This document shows, in pieces, positions 24,908 through 37,399 of a stretch of 64,000 bases of DNA. This stretch comes from Leucoraja ocellata. Taxonomy: Eukaryota. Both the position numbers and the translations under genes were made by a program. Positions within the stretch are counted from its first letter, which is position 1, and the number at the start of each line of letters is the position of its first letter. The stretch lies in contig JAWMAR010000054.1 of NCBI GenBank assembly GCA_036785375.1, forward strand, positions 9,796,001 through 9,860,000. Direction: 5' to 3'. Under the pieces are notes generated by a model. The model did no database searches. It was given only the letters and a program-made list of their open reading frames with translations, and was not told where the DNA came from.

Positions 24908-25137
24908 GAAGGTACACAGAAGGTACACTGACAATGACAATTAAAATTGAATCTGAATCTGAAAATGCTGGAGAAACTCAGCGGGTGCAGCAGCATCTAT
25001 GGAGCGTAGGAAATAGGCAACGTTTCGGGCCGAAACCAAGGGTTTCGGCCCGAAACGTTGCCTATTTCCTATTGCTGAGTTTTTCCTGCATTTTTGTGTA
25101 CCTTCGATTTTCCAGCATCTGCAGTTCCTTCTTAAAC
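24908..25137. mobile_element. PLE-derived palindrome with inserted (GAATCT)n tail
   Basis: Inverted pLTR arms; ACACACACCTTAGAA duplicated on both sides. Confidence 0.78.
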
Positions 25138-25761
25138 ACACACCTTAGAACCCAGACCACTGCATCCCGAATGTATACTTCAAATTTAAAAGAATCATTT
25201 CTCTGCAGGAACTGTTACACAAGCACAGTAAAAAAAGATGAATGAGATGGTTCACCATGTGATGGCTTGATATAAACTCCTGCGTTGAATTTTCATCTTT
25301 ACAACACTTCCATACAGCTGTGCAATTTCCTGAGAGAGGCATTTAATAAAAAGACTCTCGGCTACTTAGGATAAAAACAAAATGAAAAATTCCCCTCTCC
25401 GACAGTGAATTCAAGATTCCAGAACACAAGCAACTACAGATGCTGAAACCTTGAGCAAAAGGCAAAGTAACTCAGAGGGTCAGGCAGCATCTGTGGAGGG
25501 AATGGGCGGATGACATTTCTGGGAAGGATACTCCAGACCGCAGCACAGTCCCAAAACGTTGTCTATCCGCTCCCTCCACAGATGCTACCTGACCTGGTGA
25601 GTTCCTTCAGAATATTAGTGTTTTCCAGGGGAGTACAGTGACTTATTCTACAGACACCAACTGCAGCCTGACCAGGCAGCACCCAATGAGCTGTGTAATT
25701 TGAGGCATCCTCCATATGAGCCCCTTCTATGGGGAGAGGACAGGAGAATAGGGTTGAGGGA

Positions 25762-26240
25762 GGTGGAAAGCATCTTGTCTGGGAACATTACCATCTGGTT
25801 TGGGAATTGCTCTGCCCAGGACAAGAAGGCTCTGCAAAGAGTAGTGCGTTCGGCCGAACGCACTATGCGAACTTCACTCGCCCCCCCTGCAGGAACTATA
25901 CATCAGGAGGTGCAACTCCAGAGCCAACAATATCATGGGAGACCCCTTCCACCCCTGCAACGGACTGTTCCAGCTGCTACGGTCAGGCAAACGCCTCCGT
26001 TGCCATGCGGTGAGAACGGAGAGGTTGAGAAGGAGTTTCTTCCCAGAGGCCATTCGGACTGTAAACGCCTATCTCACCAGGGACTAACTCTACTGAACGA
26101 TTGTCCTTCCATTATTTATTATGTAAAGGTATATGTGTGTTAAGATTGCGTTTATAGGTTGTTTGTCTTTTTGCACAAAAGTCCGCGAGCATTGCCACTT
26201 TCATTTCACTGCACAACTCGAATGTGTATGTGACAAATAA
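25762..26240 (+). mobile_element. Rex1/Babar LINE 3' end
   Basis: ESILSGNITIWFGNCSAQDKKALQRVV...HPCNGLFQLLRSGKRLR...SFFPEAIR; (CTTGA)n tail. Confidence 0.85.
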
Positions 26241-26429
26241 ACTTGACTTGACTTGACTTGATAGTTCAGCCATAATTGAAAGTCATTACAAAACATGTCC
26301 GAGGCGCTACATCTTGAAAATATTAGACTTGTCTTGGCAGAAAAACCAGATCATTTCCAAGACATGGACATCATTCATTGATTTATTACAAGGATAGTAT
26401 GGTATAGAAACTTACAAAATTCTTAAGGG

Positions 26430-26629
26430 NNNNNNNNNNNNNNNNNNNNNNNNNNNNNNNNNNNNNNNNNNNNNNNNNNNNNNNNNNNNNNNNNNNNNNN
26501 NNNNNNNNNNNNNNNNNNNNNNNNNNNNNNNNNNNNNNNNNNNNNNNNNNNNNNNNNNNNNNNNNNNNNNNNNNNNNNNNNNNNNNNNNNNNNNNNNNNN
26601 NNNNNNNNNNNNNNNNNNNNNNNNNNNNN
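26430..26629. other. Assembly gap (200 N)
   Basis: N run. Confidence 0.99.
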
Positions 26630-26735
26630 GGTGTGCCAGGACCAGCCTCTCGAAGCACTTGGTGATGATGGGGGTAAGTGCAACTGGGCGGAAGTCGTTG
26701 AGGCTTGCCGCAGTGGAGTGTTTTGGCACTGGCAT
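26630..26735 (-). mobile_element. Rex1/Babar RT fragment
   Basis: [34 protein letters not shown]. Confidence 0.8.
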
Positions 26736-26897
26736 CCGCCCATCCGCCCGCCCTCGGGCTCCTCCTCCTCCCCTTTTCCTTCCTTCTTCACCCCCCATCA
26801 GTCTGAAGAAGGGTTTCGGCCCGAAACGTTACCTATTTCCTTCGCTCCATAGATGCTGCTGCACCTGCTGAGTTTCTCCAGCAATTTTGTGTACCTT
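26736..26897 (+). mobile_element. PLE pLTR fragment
   Basis: Matches the region 3' of the GIY-YIG stop at 50952-51195. Confidence 0.8.
26803..26830 (+). ncRNA. Minimal type-I hammerhead ribozyme motif
   Basis: CTGAAGAAGGGTTTCGGCCCGAAACGTT. Confidence 0.6.
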
Positions 26898-27473
26898 CAC
26901 TTTTTCTCTTTCTTGCTTTTTCTCCTTTCCTTTCTTCCAATTCCAGCTAAATGTTACAATTGAAGCTGCACAATAACTGTATCATTTTATATGCCGTTGG
27001 TTCTATTTTTGCACATTTGCTTCAAATAAACAAAAATATAAAAAATAAATAAATTGAAACAAAATAATAATTGAAAGGCAGATGGGCCAAATGGCCTATT
27101 TCTGCTCCGTTCATTTAACTTCTGAACTCATGTTCCTCCCCACCCTGTTCAAACGATCCACAAAGATACAGCCAAACTCTTTAATTTAAAGAGCCTAATT
27201 AATTCTTAAAATGGAAAGTTTTCCAGAAGATAATAACCTTACCTCTGCTAATTCTTTTTTACTAATTGCTGACACTTCAACTATAATAGGCTTCCAGAAA
27301 ATATCCTGGAGCTACTTTGGGTACTAAGTGTCAGCATAAAGCCACAAATCAGGCTGTCGTGAATTAGCTGTTCTTCCCAATGGTAACAGTGGTATTGAGT
27401 ACAGATTACACAGGCCCAGGGCCGGCAGGCAGGTGTTTCCAATCTTCATTGTATTCCCAACTGCCCTCGCTGT

Positions 27474-27790
27474 TAGAAACATAGAAATTAGGTGCAGGAG
27501 TAGGCCATTCGGCCCTTCGAGCCTGCACCGCCATTCAATATGATCATGGCTCATCATCCAACTCAGTATCCCGTACCTGCCTTCTCTCCATACCCTCTGA
27601 TCCCCTTAGCCACAAGGGCCACATCTAACTCCCTCTTAAATATAGCCAATGAACTGGCCTCGACTACCCTCTGCGGCAGAGAGTTCCAGAGATTCACCAC
27701 TCTCTGTGTGAAAAAAGTTTTTCTCATCTCGGTTTTAAAGGATTTCCCCCTGATCCTTAAACTGTGACCCCTTGTCCTGGACTTCCCCAA
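27474..27790 (-). mobile_element. CR1 LINE subfamily A
   Basis: ORF2 C-terminus and tail. Confidence 0.9.
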
Positions 27791-28183
27791 TATCCCTTGA
27801 CTCCACTAGCCCCTAGAGCTCTATCTAACTCTCTCTTAAATCCATCCAGTGACTTGGCCTCCACCGCCCTCTGTGGCAGGGAATTCCACAGATTCACAAC
27901 TCTCTGGGTGAAAAGGTTTTTCTCACCTCAGTCTTAAATGACCTCCCCTTTATTCTGAGACTGCGGCCCCTGGTTCTGGGCTCGCCCAACATTGGGAACA
28001 TTTTTCCTGCATCTAGCTTGTCCAGTCCTTCTATAATTGTATATGTTTCTATAAGATACCCCCTCATCCTTCTAAACTCCAGTGAATACAAGCCTCGTCT
28101 TTTCAATCTTTCCTCATTCGACAGTCCCGCCATCCCAGGGATCAATCTCGTGAACCTACGCTGCACTGCCTCAATCACAAGGA
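27791..28183 (-). mobile_element. CR1 subfamily C lacking its own tail, fused to the A copy
   Basis: [15 protein letters not shown]...GLDKLDAGKMFP; homologous to 35085-35478. Confidence 0.88.
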
Positions 28184-28283
28184 TTGTTGTGACATGACAA
28201 TGACATACTTCAACATCCTCTTATGTTCCTGCACCCCCAGAACTTGATTACAATTAGCTAGAGCAATAGTTTAAATATCAGCA

Positions 28284-28510
28284 CAGAGTGTGGTGAGTCT
28301 GTGGAATTCTCTGCCTCAGAGGGCGGTGGAGGCCAGTTCTCTGGATGCTTTCAAGAGAGAGCTAGATAGGGCTCTTAAAAATAGCGGAGTAAGGGGATAT
28401 GAGGAGAAGGCAGGAACAGGGTACTGATTGGGGATGATCAGCCATGATCACATTGAGTGGCGGTGCTGGCTCGAAGGGCCGAATGGCCTCTACTCCTGCA
28501 CCTATTGTCT
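28284..28510 (+). mobile_element. CR1 subfamily B 3' end
   Basis: 3'UTR and tail. Confidence 0.88.
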
Positions 28511-28511
28511 A

Positions 28512-29038
28512 GTGCTTCTACGCAGCGGCGATGGAAAGCATCTTGTCCGGGAACATTACCATCTGGTTTGGGAATTGCTCTGCCAAGGACAAGAAGGCTC
28601 TGCAGAGAGTAGTGCGTTCGGCCGAACGCACTATGGGAACTTCACTCGCCCCCCCTGCAGGAACTATACATCAGGAGGTGCAACTCCAGAGCAAATAAAA
28701 TCATGGGAGACCCCTTCCACCCCTGCAACGGACTGTTCCAGCTGCTACGGTCAGGCAAACGCCTCCATTGCCATGCGGTGAGAACGGAGAGGTTGAGAAG
28801 GAGTTTCTTCCCAGAGGCAATTCGGACTGTAAACGCCTATCTCACCAGGGACTAACTCTACTGAACGTTTTTCCTTCCATTATTTATTATGTAAAAGAAT
28901 ATGTGTGTTATGATTGTGTTTATAATTTGTTTGGTTGTTTTGTTGTTTGTCTTTTGCACAAAAGTCCGCGAGCATTGCCACTTTCATTTCACTGCACATC
29001 TCGTATGTGTATGTGACAAATAAACTTGACTTGACTTG
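28512..29038 (+). mobile_element. Rex1/Babar LINE 3' end inserted in the CR1-B tail
   Basis: Near-identical to 25762-26240; (CTTGA)n tail. Confidence 0.85.
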
Positions 29039-29294
29039 TCTATCAATGAAGGGTTACCGAAATCCAGAAATGCCAGCAATGGACAATGCTGCACCACGAT
29101 GACTTTTGTAAACTAGTGGCAATTGATACGCAATAATCACACATGGTGATGTTGTGCAAGTGGATTTTATCTGCAAGCTGATCATGTACTGATTCCTGCT
29201 GTCAACCAGGTCTCTGGGTGGTCAGGGGATCAACCTCCATGGACATCACGTGCACTGGTTCGATTCACTGCACATACACAGTTCACAGGAGTGT

Positions 29295-29616
29295 TCACCC
29301 GACGCCGGAGTTCCATCTTCCCGGCAAAGAGGGCCTGTAACATCGGACTGGCTGCGGAGGCCACAAAAAGGCCCCAACCTCGGGTAATCACAGAGGAAGA
29401 GGACTTAACTTTCTGATTCCTTTCCCCACAGCGGAAAATTTTGATTCTGTTGTGGGGGGGACATTCATGTTGAATTCTATAATGTGTTGTGTCATTTTTC
29501 TTTTTTTTAATTTTTCTATGGATGTACGGAAACTTAATTATTTCTTCTATGTCAAGCACTTTGGTTTCAACGCGAGTTGATTTAAACGCGCAATATAAAT
29601 AAAATTTACTTACTTA
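29295..29616 (+). mobile_element. GC-rich retroposon, hairpin family, with L2-like tail
   Basis: Stem-loop at 29423-29461; AAGCACTTTG...ATATAAATAAA(TTAC)n tail, which resumes after the MITE. Confidence 0.55.
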
Positions 29617-30094
29617 AGGGCCTGTCCCACGAGCATGCGACTGCATGCGGCAAGCGCGACCAAACCGGAAGCGGGGGGCCACCCAATCCCCGTACAGGGC
29701 CTGTCCCGTGAGCATGTGACTGCATGCGGCGAGCGCAACCAAACTGGAAGCGGGGGCCGCGCGGAGGTCGAGTGATCCCCGTACGAGTTGACGTGAAGTT
29801 CGAGCGAAGTCCGCGGGAAGTTCGCGTGTGACGTACGGCGTCAAGACGCTGCGCGCGCCCGTCGGGACGGTGCGTACGGCCTCAATGCGGCTGCGGGCCG
29901 GCAGGCCGTTGCCGCGTGGAATTTTTGAACACGGTCAGTTTTTCGGAGCCCCGTGCGATTCGGGACCAGCTCCGCACAACTCCATACGGCTCCGGCGATC
30001 GAAGTGGGACCGGCCCCGCGAGGCCGTACGACTCAAGCGACCACGTTAGGTCGCGCTTGCCGCATGCAGTTGCATGCTCGTGGGAACTGGCCCT
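29617..30094. mobile_element. PIF/Harbinger-like MITE with duplicated left end
   Basis: TIR AGGGCCTGTCCCACGAGCATGC; flanks TTA/TGA; left terminus repeated at 29696. Confidence 0.8.
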
Positions 30095-31074
30095 TGACTT
30101 ACTTACACATGGAGCTGGGTGTCAAACAAAGTAGCCACATCTGAGTCCAGAGGGTTGTGAGGCCAGTGTCAACTGTACTTCAAGGCCCATCTGCTGCGGG
30201 GGATTTGCCCGGTGTTGTGTCTCTGCTTCCAGTCTTGTCCTCTGCACCCTTATACTCACTGCCGATTATCATACCACCCACAGTCTCCTATCCTCTACAA
30301 GTTGAAAGATCTTGGAAGAAAAAGCTTTGAGGATGATTGCACTTGCAGAGTTGGACCTCCCACACACGATGCTTTGGGAGTCAGGCACAATGGACACTGC
30401 AGTGTCATCTGGTTGACCTGCACATCGCAGTGGGGGGTCCTCTCCGTGATACGTCTTCAACGTGAAGACTTGCAAACCCAATCTATCTTCTTGAACTTTC
30501 AGAAGATTTCAAAGAGCTAAGGTTGCCAATCAGAATGCACTCGTTTTCAAATAGGTTAAAACAAGATGACTTTTTGCAGAGAGAATTCAGTGAATAGATT
30601 ACACTTGAGCAAAGAAAGTTGCAAAGCCGTTCTTCCAAAGCGGTTTTCCTCACATCCTTTGCCACGTATTGCAAAACTGCATTTCAATTGTATCCAGATC
30701 GCCATTCACGCTCAAGAATGTGAAACAGATGTGTCTTCTTGCAAAATAGAATTAGAAAATGGTGAAAACGCTCAGCAGATCAGGCAGCATTTGTAAAAAG
30801 ACTGAATTAACATTCAAGGTTAAAACTCTCTGGTTGGAACGAGAAACAAATGAGCTGCTCTTGATGCTGGAAACACACAGCAGGCCGGGCAGCATCTGTG
30901 AAACACCGGTAACTTTTGAGGCCAATGTTCTGATCAAGCGTCTTCATTTGCAGAGAGGGTGGCTGCATGATGGGTGGACAAAGGCTTTGAAAGGCCAAGG
31001 CCATGATCGCTGTAGAACAGTGCAGCTAATTGTAGAACAGTGCAGCTTAGAAACAAACCCTAAAGTCCCCAATG

Positions 31075-32285
31075 TCTGCACTGCAAACAAGTCCTCTCTG
31101 CCTGCACACAATCCACACACCTCCATATTCATTTGCCTTAATGAAAGCCTCTTAAAAGTCACTATCGTTTCTGCTTCCACCACCATCCCTGGCAGCCAGA
31201 TCCAGGCACCTAGCAGCCTCTGTGTAAAACAACTTACCCTGCACCTCTCCTCTCAACGTGCTCCCACTCACATTAAAGCTGTGCCCTCTAGTATTTTACA
31301 TTCCACTTGTGAAAATGATTCTGACTGAACCACGTTATATGTGCCCCTCATAACTTAATAAACATCTCTCAGGGGCTCTCCTCAGCTTCTAACACTCCAG
31401 AGAGACAACCCAAGTTGGTCCAGCCTCTCCATATAAGTAATGCCCTCCAAATCAGGCAGTGTCCTCATATAATCTCTCTTTAGCAATCTCCAAAGCCCCC
31501 AAATCTCTCCTCTAATGGGGCGACAAACAATATTCCAAATGCAGTCTAACAAATGTTTTGTAAGTTGCCCCATGACTTCTTGACTCTTGAGTTTAGAGTC
31601 AGGATGTTTAGCCACTGAAAAGCTCTGAAATAGGCAGGCAAAAAGGCATTATAAAATTACAAAAAAAGGCACGAAAAAAAGCATTTATTGACAAAAAACT
31701 CCCAACTGGCTTTTGGCAAAGAGTGAAAAACACTCTTGATGGTTTCTGGTACATTACCTCACGCAATTGGTATTATGTCTGTAGGTATATTAACTCCAGT
31801 TTTCTGGTATTTCTGTGTGTGTGCTGCTGGAATATTCAGATGTAAAACTGTTGCCTCTGGGTCTCTAGGCCCACACCCATCAGACATAAAATTAAAGCTT
31901 TTAAGAATTTGTACTTTGTCTATCTTTTTAAGTGAACTTTTCCAGGTCCTGCCATTATCTTTCCCCTACATTTAACCTCCCAAAGTGGAAAACCTCACAG
32001 GTGCCCTGAGTAAACTGCATCTGTCATTTCTCCACCGGTTTCCATGGGTGAACTATATCTTGCTAAATACTTGGACAGCTTTCCTCACTGTCCGCAACTT
32101 CAGCGACATTGGCATTGTCTACAAACTTACTAACCAACCCATCCACCCCATAGATCGTAATCTTATAGGTCAGCCTACCATGAAGGACCTTGTCAAATAT
32201 TTTACCAAAATCCATGTGGACAACATCCATGGCTCTACCCACATAAGTAACCTTTGTCACCTCAAAAAACTCAATCAAATAGATC
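31075..32285 (-). mobile_element. Old degenerate CR1 fragments (about 31075-31590 and 31900-32285)
   Basis: LPDLEGITYMERLDQLGL; VVHMDFGKIFDKVLHGRL; SKFVDN (decayed KFADD). Confidence 0.7.
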
Positions 32286-32310
32286 TGTCCCACGCCCGAC
32301 ACAATGATGC

Positions 32311-33143
32311 CGGATAAATGGTGGATAAATGTGAGGTTATCCATTTTGGTGGCAAAAACAGGAAAGCAGACTATTATCTAAATGGTGGCCGATTGGGAAA
32401 AGGGGAGATGCAGCGAGACCTGGGTGTCATGGTACACCAGTCATTGAAAGTAGGCATGCAGGTGCAGCAGGCAGTGAAGAAAGCGAATGGTATGTTAACT
32501 TTCATAGCAAAAGGATTTGAGTATAGGAGCAGGGAGGTTCTACTGCAGTTGTACAGGGTCTTGGTGAGACCACACCTGGAGTATTGCGTACAGTTTTGGT
32601 CTCCAAATCTGAGGAAGGACATTATTGCCATAGAGGGAGTGCAGAGAAGGTTCACCAGACTGATTCCTGGGATGTCAGGACTGTCTTATGAAGAAAGACT
32701 GGATAGACTTGGTTTATACTCTCTAGAATTTAGGAGATTGAGAGGGGATCTTATAGAAACTTACAAAATTCTTAAGGGGTTGGACAGGCTAGATGCAGGA
32801 AGATTGCTCCCAATGTTGGGGAAGTCCAGGACAAGGGGTCACAGCTTAAGGATAAGGGGGAAATCCTTTAAAACCGAGATGAGAAGAACTTCTTTTCACA
32901 CAGAGAGTGGTGAATCTCTGGAACTCTCTGCCACAGAGGGTAGTTGAGGCCAGTTCATTGGCTATATTTAAGAGGGAGTTAGATGTGGCCCTTGTGGTTA
33001 AGGGGATCAGGGGGTATGGAGAGAAGGCAGGTACGGGATACTGAGTTGGATGATCAGCCATGATCATATTGAATGGCGGTGCAGGCTCGAAGGGCCGAAT
33101 GGCCTACTCCTGCACCTAATTTCTTTGTTTCTATGTTTCTATG
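32311..33143 (+). mobile_element. CR1 LINE subfamily A
   Basis: Frame 32318-32947 VDKCEVIHFG...; tail. Confidence 0.93.
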
Positions 33144-33149
33144 CAATCA

Positions 33150-33570
33150 TGCAGAAAAGTCACCAATGCCTCTACCACCTTAGAAGAATGAAGGAGGTCA
33201 TTATCTCATTGAATACTCACTCTATCTAGCTTCAACAGATGTACGATGGAGAGCGTATAGAGAGACTTATTGCATCACTTATTGCCTGGTTTGGCCACCC
33301 ACATGCCCAGGAACAGCAGAGATCACAGCGAGTGGTAGAGTCTGCCTGGTCCTTCACAAGTACTGACCTCCCCACCATTGAAGTGATCTCCAGGAGGTGC
33401 AGCATCAGAATGACAGCCAGAATGATCAAAGACACACGTCGCCTTGGCACACATCACTCTCTCATATGTCTTCAGGAAGAAGGTGCAAGAGCCTGAACGC
33501 AGATGCAAGAACAGCTTCTTCCCAGCAATCGTCAGACTCTTGAACACTACACAACATTAACCTCAGTAAG
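33150..33570 (+). mobile_element. Degenerate Rex1/Babar 3' end (UTR resumes at about 34069-34270)
   Basis: IERLIASLIAWFG..AQEQQRSQRVVESA; KNSFFPAIVRLLN. Confidence 0.7.
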
Positions 33571-34068
33571 TAACATAGAAATTAGGTGCAGGAGTAGGCC
33601 ATTCGGCCCTTCGAGCCTGCACTGCCATTCAATGACTATACTCTCTAGAATTTAGGAGATTGAGAGGGGATCTTATAGAAACTTACAAAATTCTTAAGGG
33701 GTTGGACAGGCTAGATGCAGGAAGATTGTTCCCGATGTTGGGGAAGTCCAGGACAAGGGGTCACAGCTTAAGGATAAGGGGGAAATCCTTTAAAACCGAG
33801 ATGAGAAGAACTTTTTTCACACAGAGAGTGGTGAATCTCTGGAACTCTCTGCCACAGAGGGTAGTTGAGGCCAGTTCATTGGCTATATTTAAGAGGGAGT
33901 TAGATGTGGCCCTTGTGGCCAAGGGGATCAGAGGGTATGGAGAGAAGGCAGGTACGGGATACTGAGTTGGATGATCAGCCATGATCATATTGAATGGCGG
34001 TGCAGGCTCGAAGGGCCGAATGGCCTACTCCTGCACCTAATTTCTATGTTTCTATGTTTCTATGTTTC
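33571..34068 (+). mobile_element. CR1-A with an inverted 3'-tail fragment (33571-33633) at its 5' end
   Basis: Tails point outward at both ends; AAGTA on both flanks. Confidence 0.88.
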
Positions 34069-34872
34069 AAGTATGATCTTCTATGGACTGCATATTTGGT
34101 TGCATTAAGGACTAGTTTCTCCACTATATTATAGTTACCATGATACTAATTTATTGTATTTGTAATTATCTGTGTGTTATTGTATTTACAGACTTGTTAA
34201 GCTGCAGTTGGCAACAATATCATTGTTCCATTGTCGATACATATGAAAATTAAACACTTTGACTCTTGAAATAACCAACAAAACTCTCCCAAGCTTTTTG
34301 TACTTCCTTTGGCACAAAACCAGCCCCTAGACACAAATTTTAAACAGGAGTATGAGTGGGACACACTGAGCCTCAAGGCTACTCTTGACAACACCGTCGG
34401 TTTTAGCACGATACCATTTCTACATCCCAACAACATCTCTCTCTAGTCATTCACCTGTTATTTGATCCCCAGTCTTGAGAATCTCCACAATCTATTCCAG
34501 TTGGTCATCTGGAAGCCCAGGATTACAAATTATCTACTCCTGCCATCAATTCCAATGTCACCTATTTCTTCTCTCCAGAGATGCTGCCTCACCCGCTGAG
34601 TTACTCCAGTTTTTTTGTGTCTATTATTATTATTCTGCCCAGCACCAAAAAACCAATTCCACATTAGATTCTACATCTGACCCTACCGTAGGCTTGTGTC
34701 AATATCTTTTCCACCTTAGATTCTACTACTCCAATTATCCTAAGCCACTACCCTGCTCAGTTGATTTGATCATTGATGAGTCATCCCAATATCCCAATTT
34801 TAATTCATCCTTGTGTTTAAACTCCTTCAATACCTTGATTCTCCCACAGACCAACTACTGTCAGTTCTAGAT

Positions 34873-35545
34873 AGAGCTAGATAGGGCTCTTAAAAATAGC
34901 AGAGTCAGGGGATATGGGGAGAAGGCAGGAACGGGACACTGATTGGGGATGATCAGCCATGATCACATTGAAACATAGAAAATAGGTGCAGGAGGAGGCC
35001 ATTCGGCCCTTCGAGCCAGCACCGCCATTCATTGTGATCATGGCTGATCGTCCCCTATCAATAACCCGTGCCTGCCTTCTCCCCATATCCCTTGACTCCA
35101 CTAGCCCCTAGAGCTCTATCTAACTCTCTGTTAAATCCATCCAGTGACTTGGCCTCCACTGCCCTCTGTGGCAGGGAATTCCATAAATTCACAACTCTCT
35201 GTTTTTTCTCACCTGAGTCTTAAATGACCTCCCCTTTATTCTCAGACTGTGGCCCCTGGTTCTGGACTCGCCCAACATTGGGAACATTTTTCCTGCATCT
35301 AGCTTGTCCAGTCCTTTTATAATGTTATATGTTTCTATAAGATCCCCCCTCATCCTTCTAAACTCCAGTGAATACAAGCCTAGTCTTTTCAATCTTTCCT
35401 CATATGACAGTCCCACCATCCCAGGGATCAATCTCGCGAACCTACGCTGCACTGCCTCAATCACAAGGATGTCCTTCTGCTTTGAATGGCGGTGCTGGCT
35501 CGAAGGGCCAAATGGCCTGCTCCTGCACCTATTGTCTATTGTCTC
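34873..35545. mobile_element. CR1-B 3' end (+) with nested CR1-C (-, about 34971-35478)
   Basis: TTGAA duplication; B sequence resumes after the insert. Confidence 0.88.
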
Positions 35546-36269
35546 TTTACCCAATAAGAAACTCTCTGTTGATATTGGGCTCTGCATAAAACTACATCCA
35601 AGTTGTTCATCTCCACCCAAACAAGAACTCTTCCTTTCAGCATCCTGTTTTGTTGTGAGTTTATGGCTGTTAAATGCTGTTATGCTAAATACGAGTTGTG
35701 GCTTTGTGCTTCAAACCGGGAGAGAGACTCTCTTCTGTTAAGAGTTGCCTACAGCTCTCCTCTAGAACTGGGTCAGGATTCACCTCAGGAGTCATACCAG
35801 CAATTTCAACCTTGGGAAACATTAACTGCTGGGCTCCATCAATCCATTTCATATCTAGCAGTCATTTACTAAAAGCAAAAGGAATGGCTTGAATGAGAGC
35901 ACTTCACCTCTCCATTCAGGCTGCAAACCTTTTTTAACACAGTATTATTCACCATTATTCACATTAATCCCAGAGATCCCTCTGACAGATGGGCAGTTAC
36001 TTCAACAACCAAAAATCAATGTCTCAGTTGCATCATTTCAGTTGCCGACCTCCAGGAATACTCTGTGGAGTATTCGAGAACTAATGACTCATTTCTAGCA
36101 CATGCCACCCAGGAGAGAATGAAAATGAAAAATTTGGGAATTCTTTCACTGGGAAAGGAAGAATCTACTATCTTTGCAACTGGTGTGGAGAGGCTGTGCC
36201 CCATTATCTCATCACCGCCAACTTATCTTTCAGCTTCAAGTTGTGGATTCAAAATTATTGTTAAACCAA

Positions 36270-36490
36270 AGAAACAAATTGGTGGAGAACCTCAGCGAGT
36301 CAGGCAGCATCTGTGGAAGGAATGGACAAAGCTTCTGTTCAGTCGGAATCTTTCAACAATCTGAAGAAGGGTCACGATTTGAAACACCGTCTGTCTATTT
36401 CCCCCACAGATGCCTCCTGGTTTGCTGAGCTCCTTCAGCGGTTTGCTTTTTGCTCTAGATTCTAACGTCTGCAGTTTCTTTAGTCTCCTT
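36270..36490. mobile_element. Old PLE-derived palindrome; similar remnants at about 3227, 18710, 21555, 25420, 30720, 34555 and 50570
   Basis: CTCAGC.GGTCAGGCAGCATCTGTGG...CTGAAGAAGGG...CACAGATGC..GCTGAG. Confidence 0.65.
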
Positions 36491-36642
36491 GTTCTTAAGC
36501 CAGTGTGGCTATCAAACTGTTGGAATGGACCTGACCATATACGTGCCTCTAGCTGACAACTCTTGAGAGAACCACCAGCTTCTTCCTCCCCAGGATTTGC
36601 TCAACTCCTGATACAATGCACAACCATTGAACTTGGAGACTT

Positions 36643-37396
36643 GGTGGCCGATTAGGAAAGGGGGAAATGCAGCGAGACCTGGGTGTCATGGTACACCAGT
36701 CATTGAAGGTAGGCATGCAGGTGCAGCAGGCAGTTAAGAAAGCGAATGGTATGTTGGCTTTCATAGCAAAAGGATTTGAGTCTAGGAGCAGGAAGGTTCT
36801 ACTGCAGTTGTACAGGGTCTTGGTGAGACCACACCTGGAGTATTGCGTACAGTTTTGGTCTCCAAATCTGAGGAAGGACATTATTGCCATAGAGGGACTG
36901 CAGAGAAGGTTCACCAGACTGATTCCTGGGATGTCAGGACTGTCTTATGAAGAAAGACTGGATAGACTTGGTTTATACTCTCTAGAATTTAGGAGATTGA
37001 GGGGGGATCTTATAGAAACTTACAAAATTCTTAAGGGGTTGGACAGGCTAGATGCAGGAAGATTGTTCCCGATGTTGGGGAAGTCCAGGACAAGGGGTCA
37101 CAGTTTAAGGATAATGGGAAAATCTTTTAGGACCGAGATGAGGAAAACATTTTTCACACAGAGAGTGGTGAATCTCTGGAATTCTCTGCCACAGAAGGTA
37201 GTTGAGGCCACACAGTTCATTGGCTATATTTAAGAGGGAGTTAGATGTGGCCCTTGTGGCTAAGGGGATCAGGGGGTATGGAGAGAAGGCAGGTACGGGA
37301 TATTGAGTTGGATGATCAGCCATGATCATATTGGATGGCGGTGCAGGCTCGAAGGGCCGAATGGCCTACTCCTGCACCTAATTTCTATGTTTCTAT
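36643..37396 (+). mobile_element. CR1 LINE subfamily A
   Basis: Frame 36667-37233; tail. Confidence 0.93.
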
Positions 37397-37399
37397 ATG

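Noticed and set aside
30180-30720. Host exon or transposase remnant (also 35560-36260 and 55280-55720)
   Set aside because: No recognisable motif in the frames I examined and no consistent splice pair.
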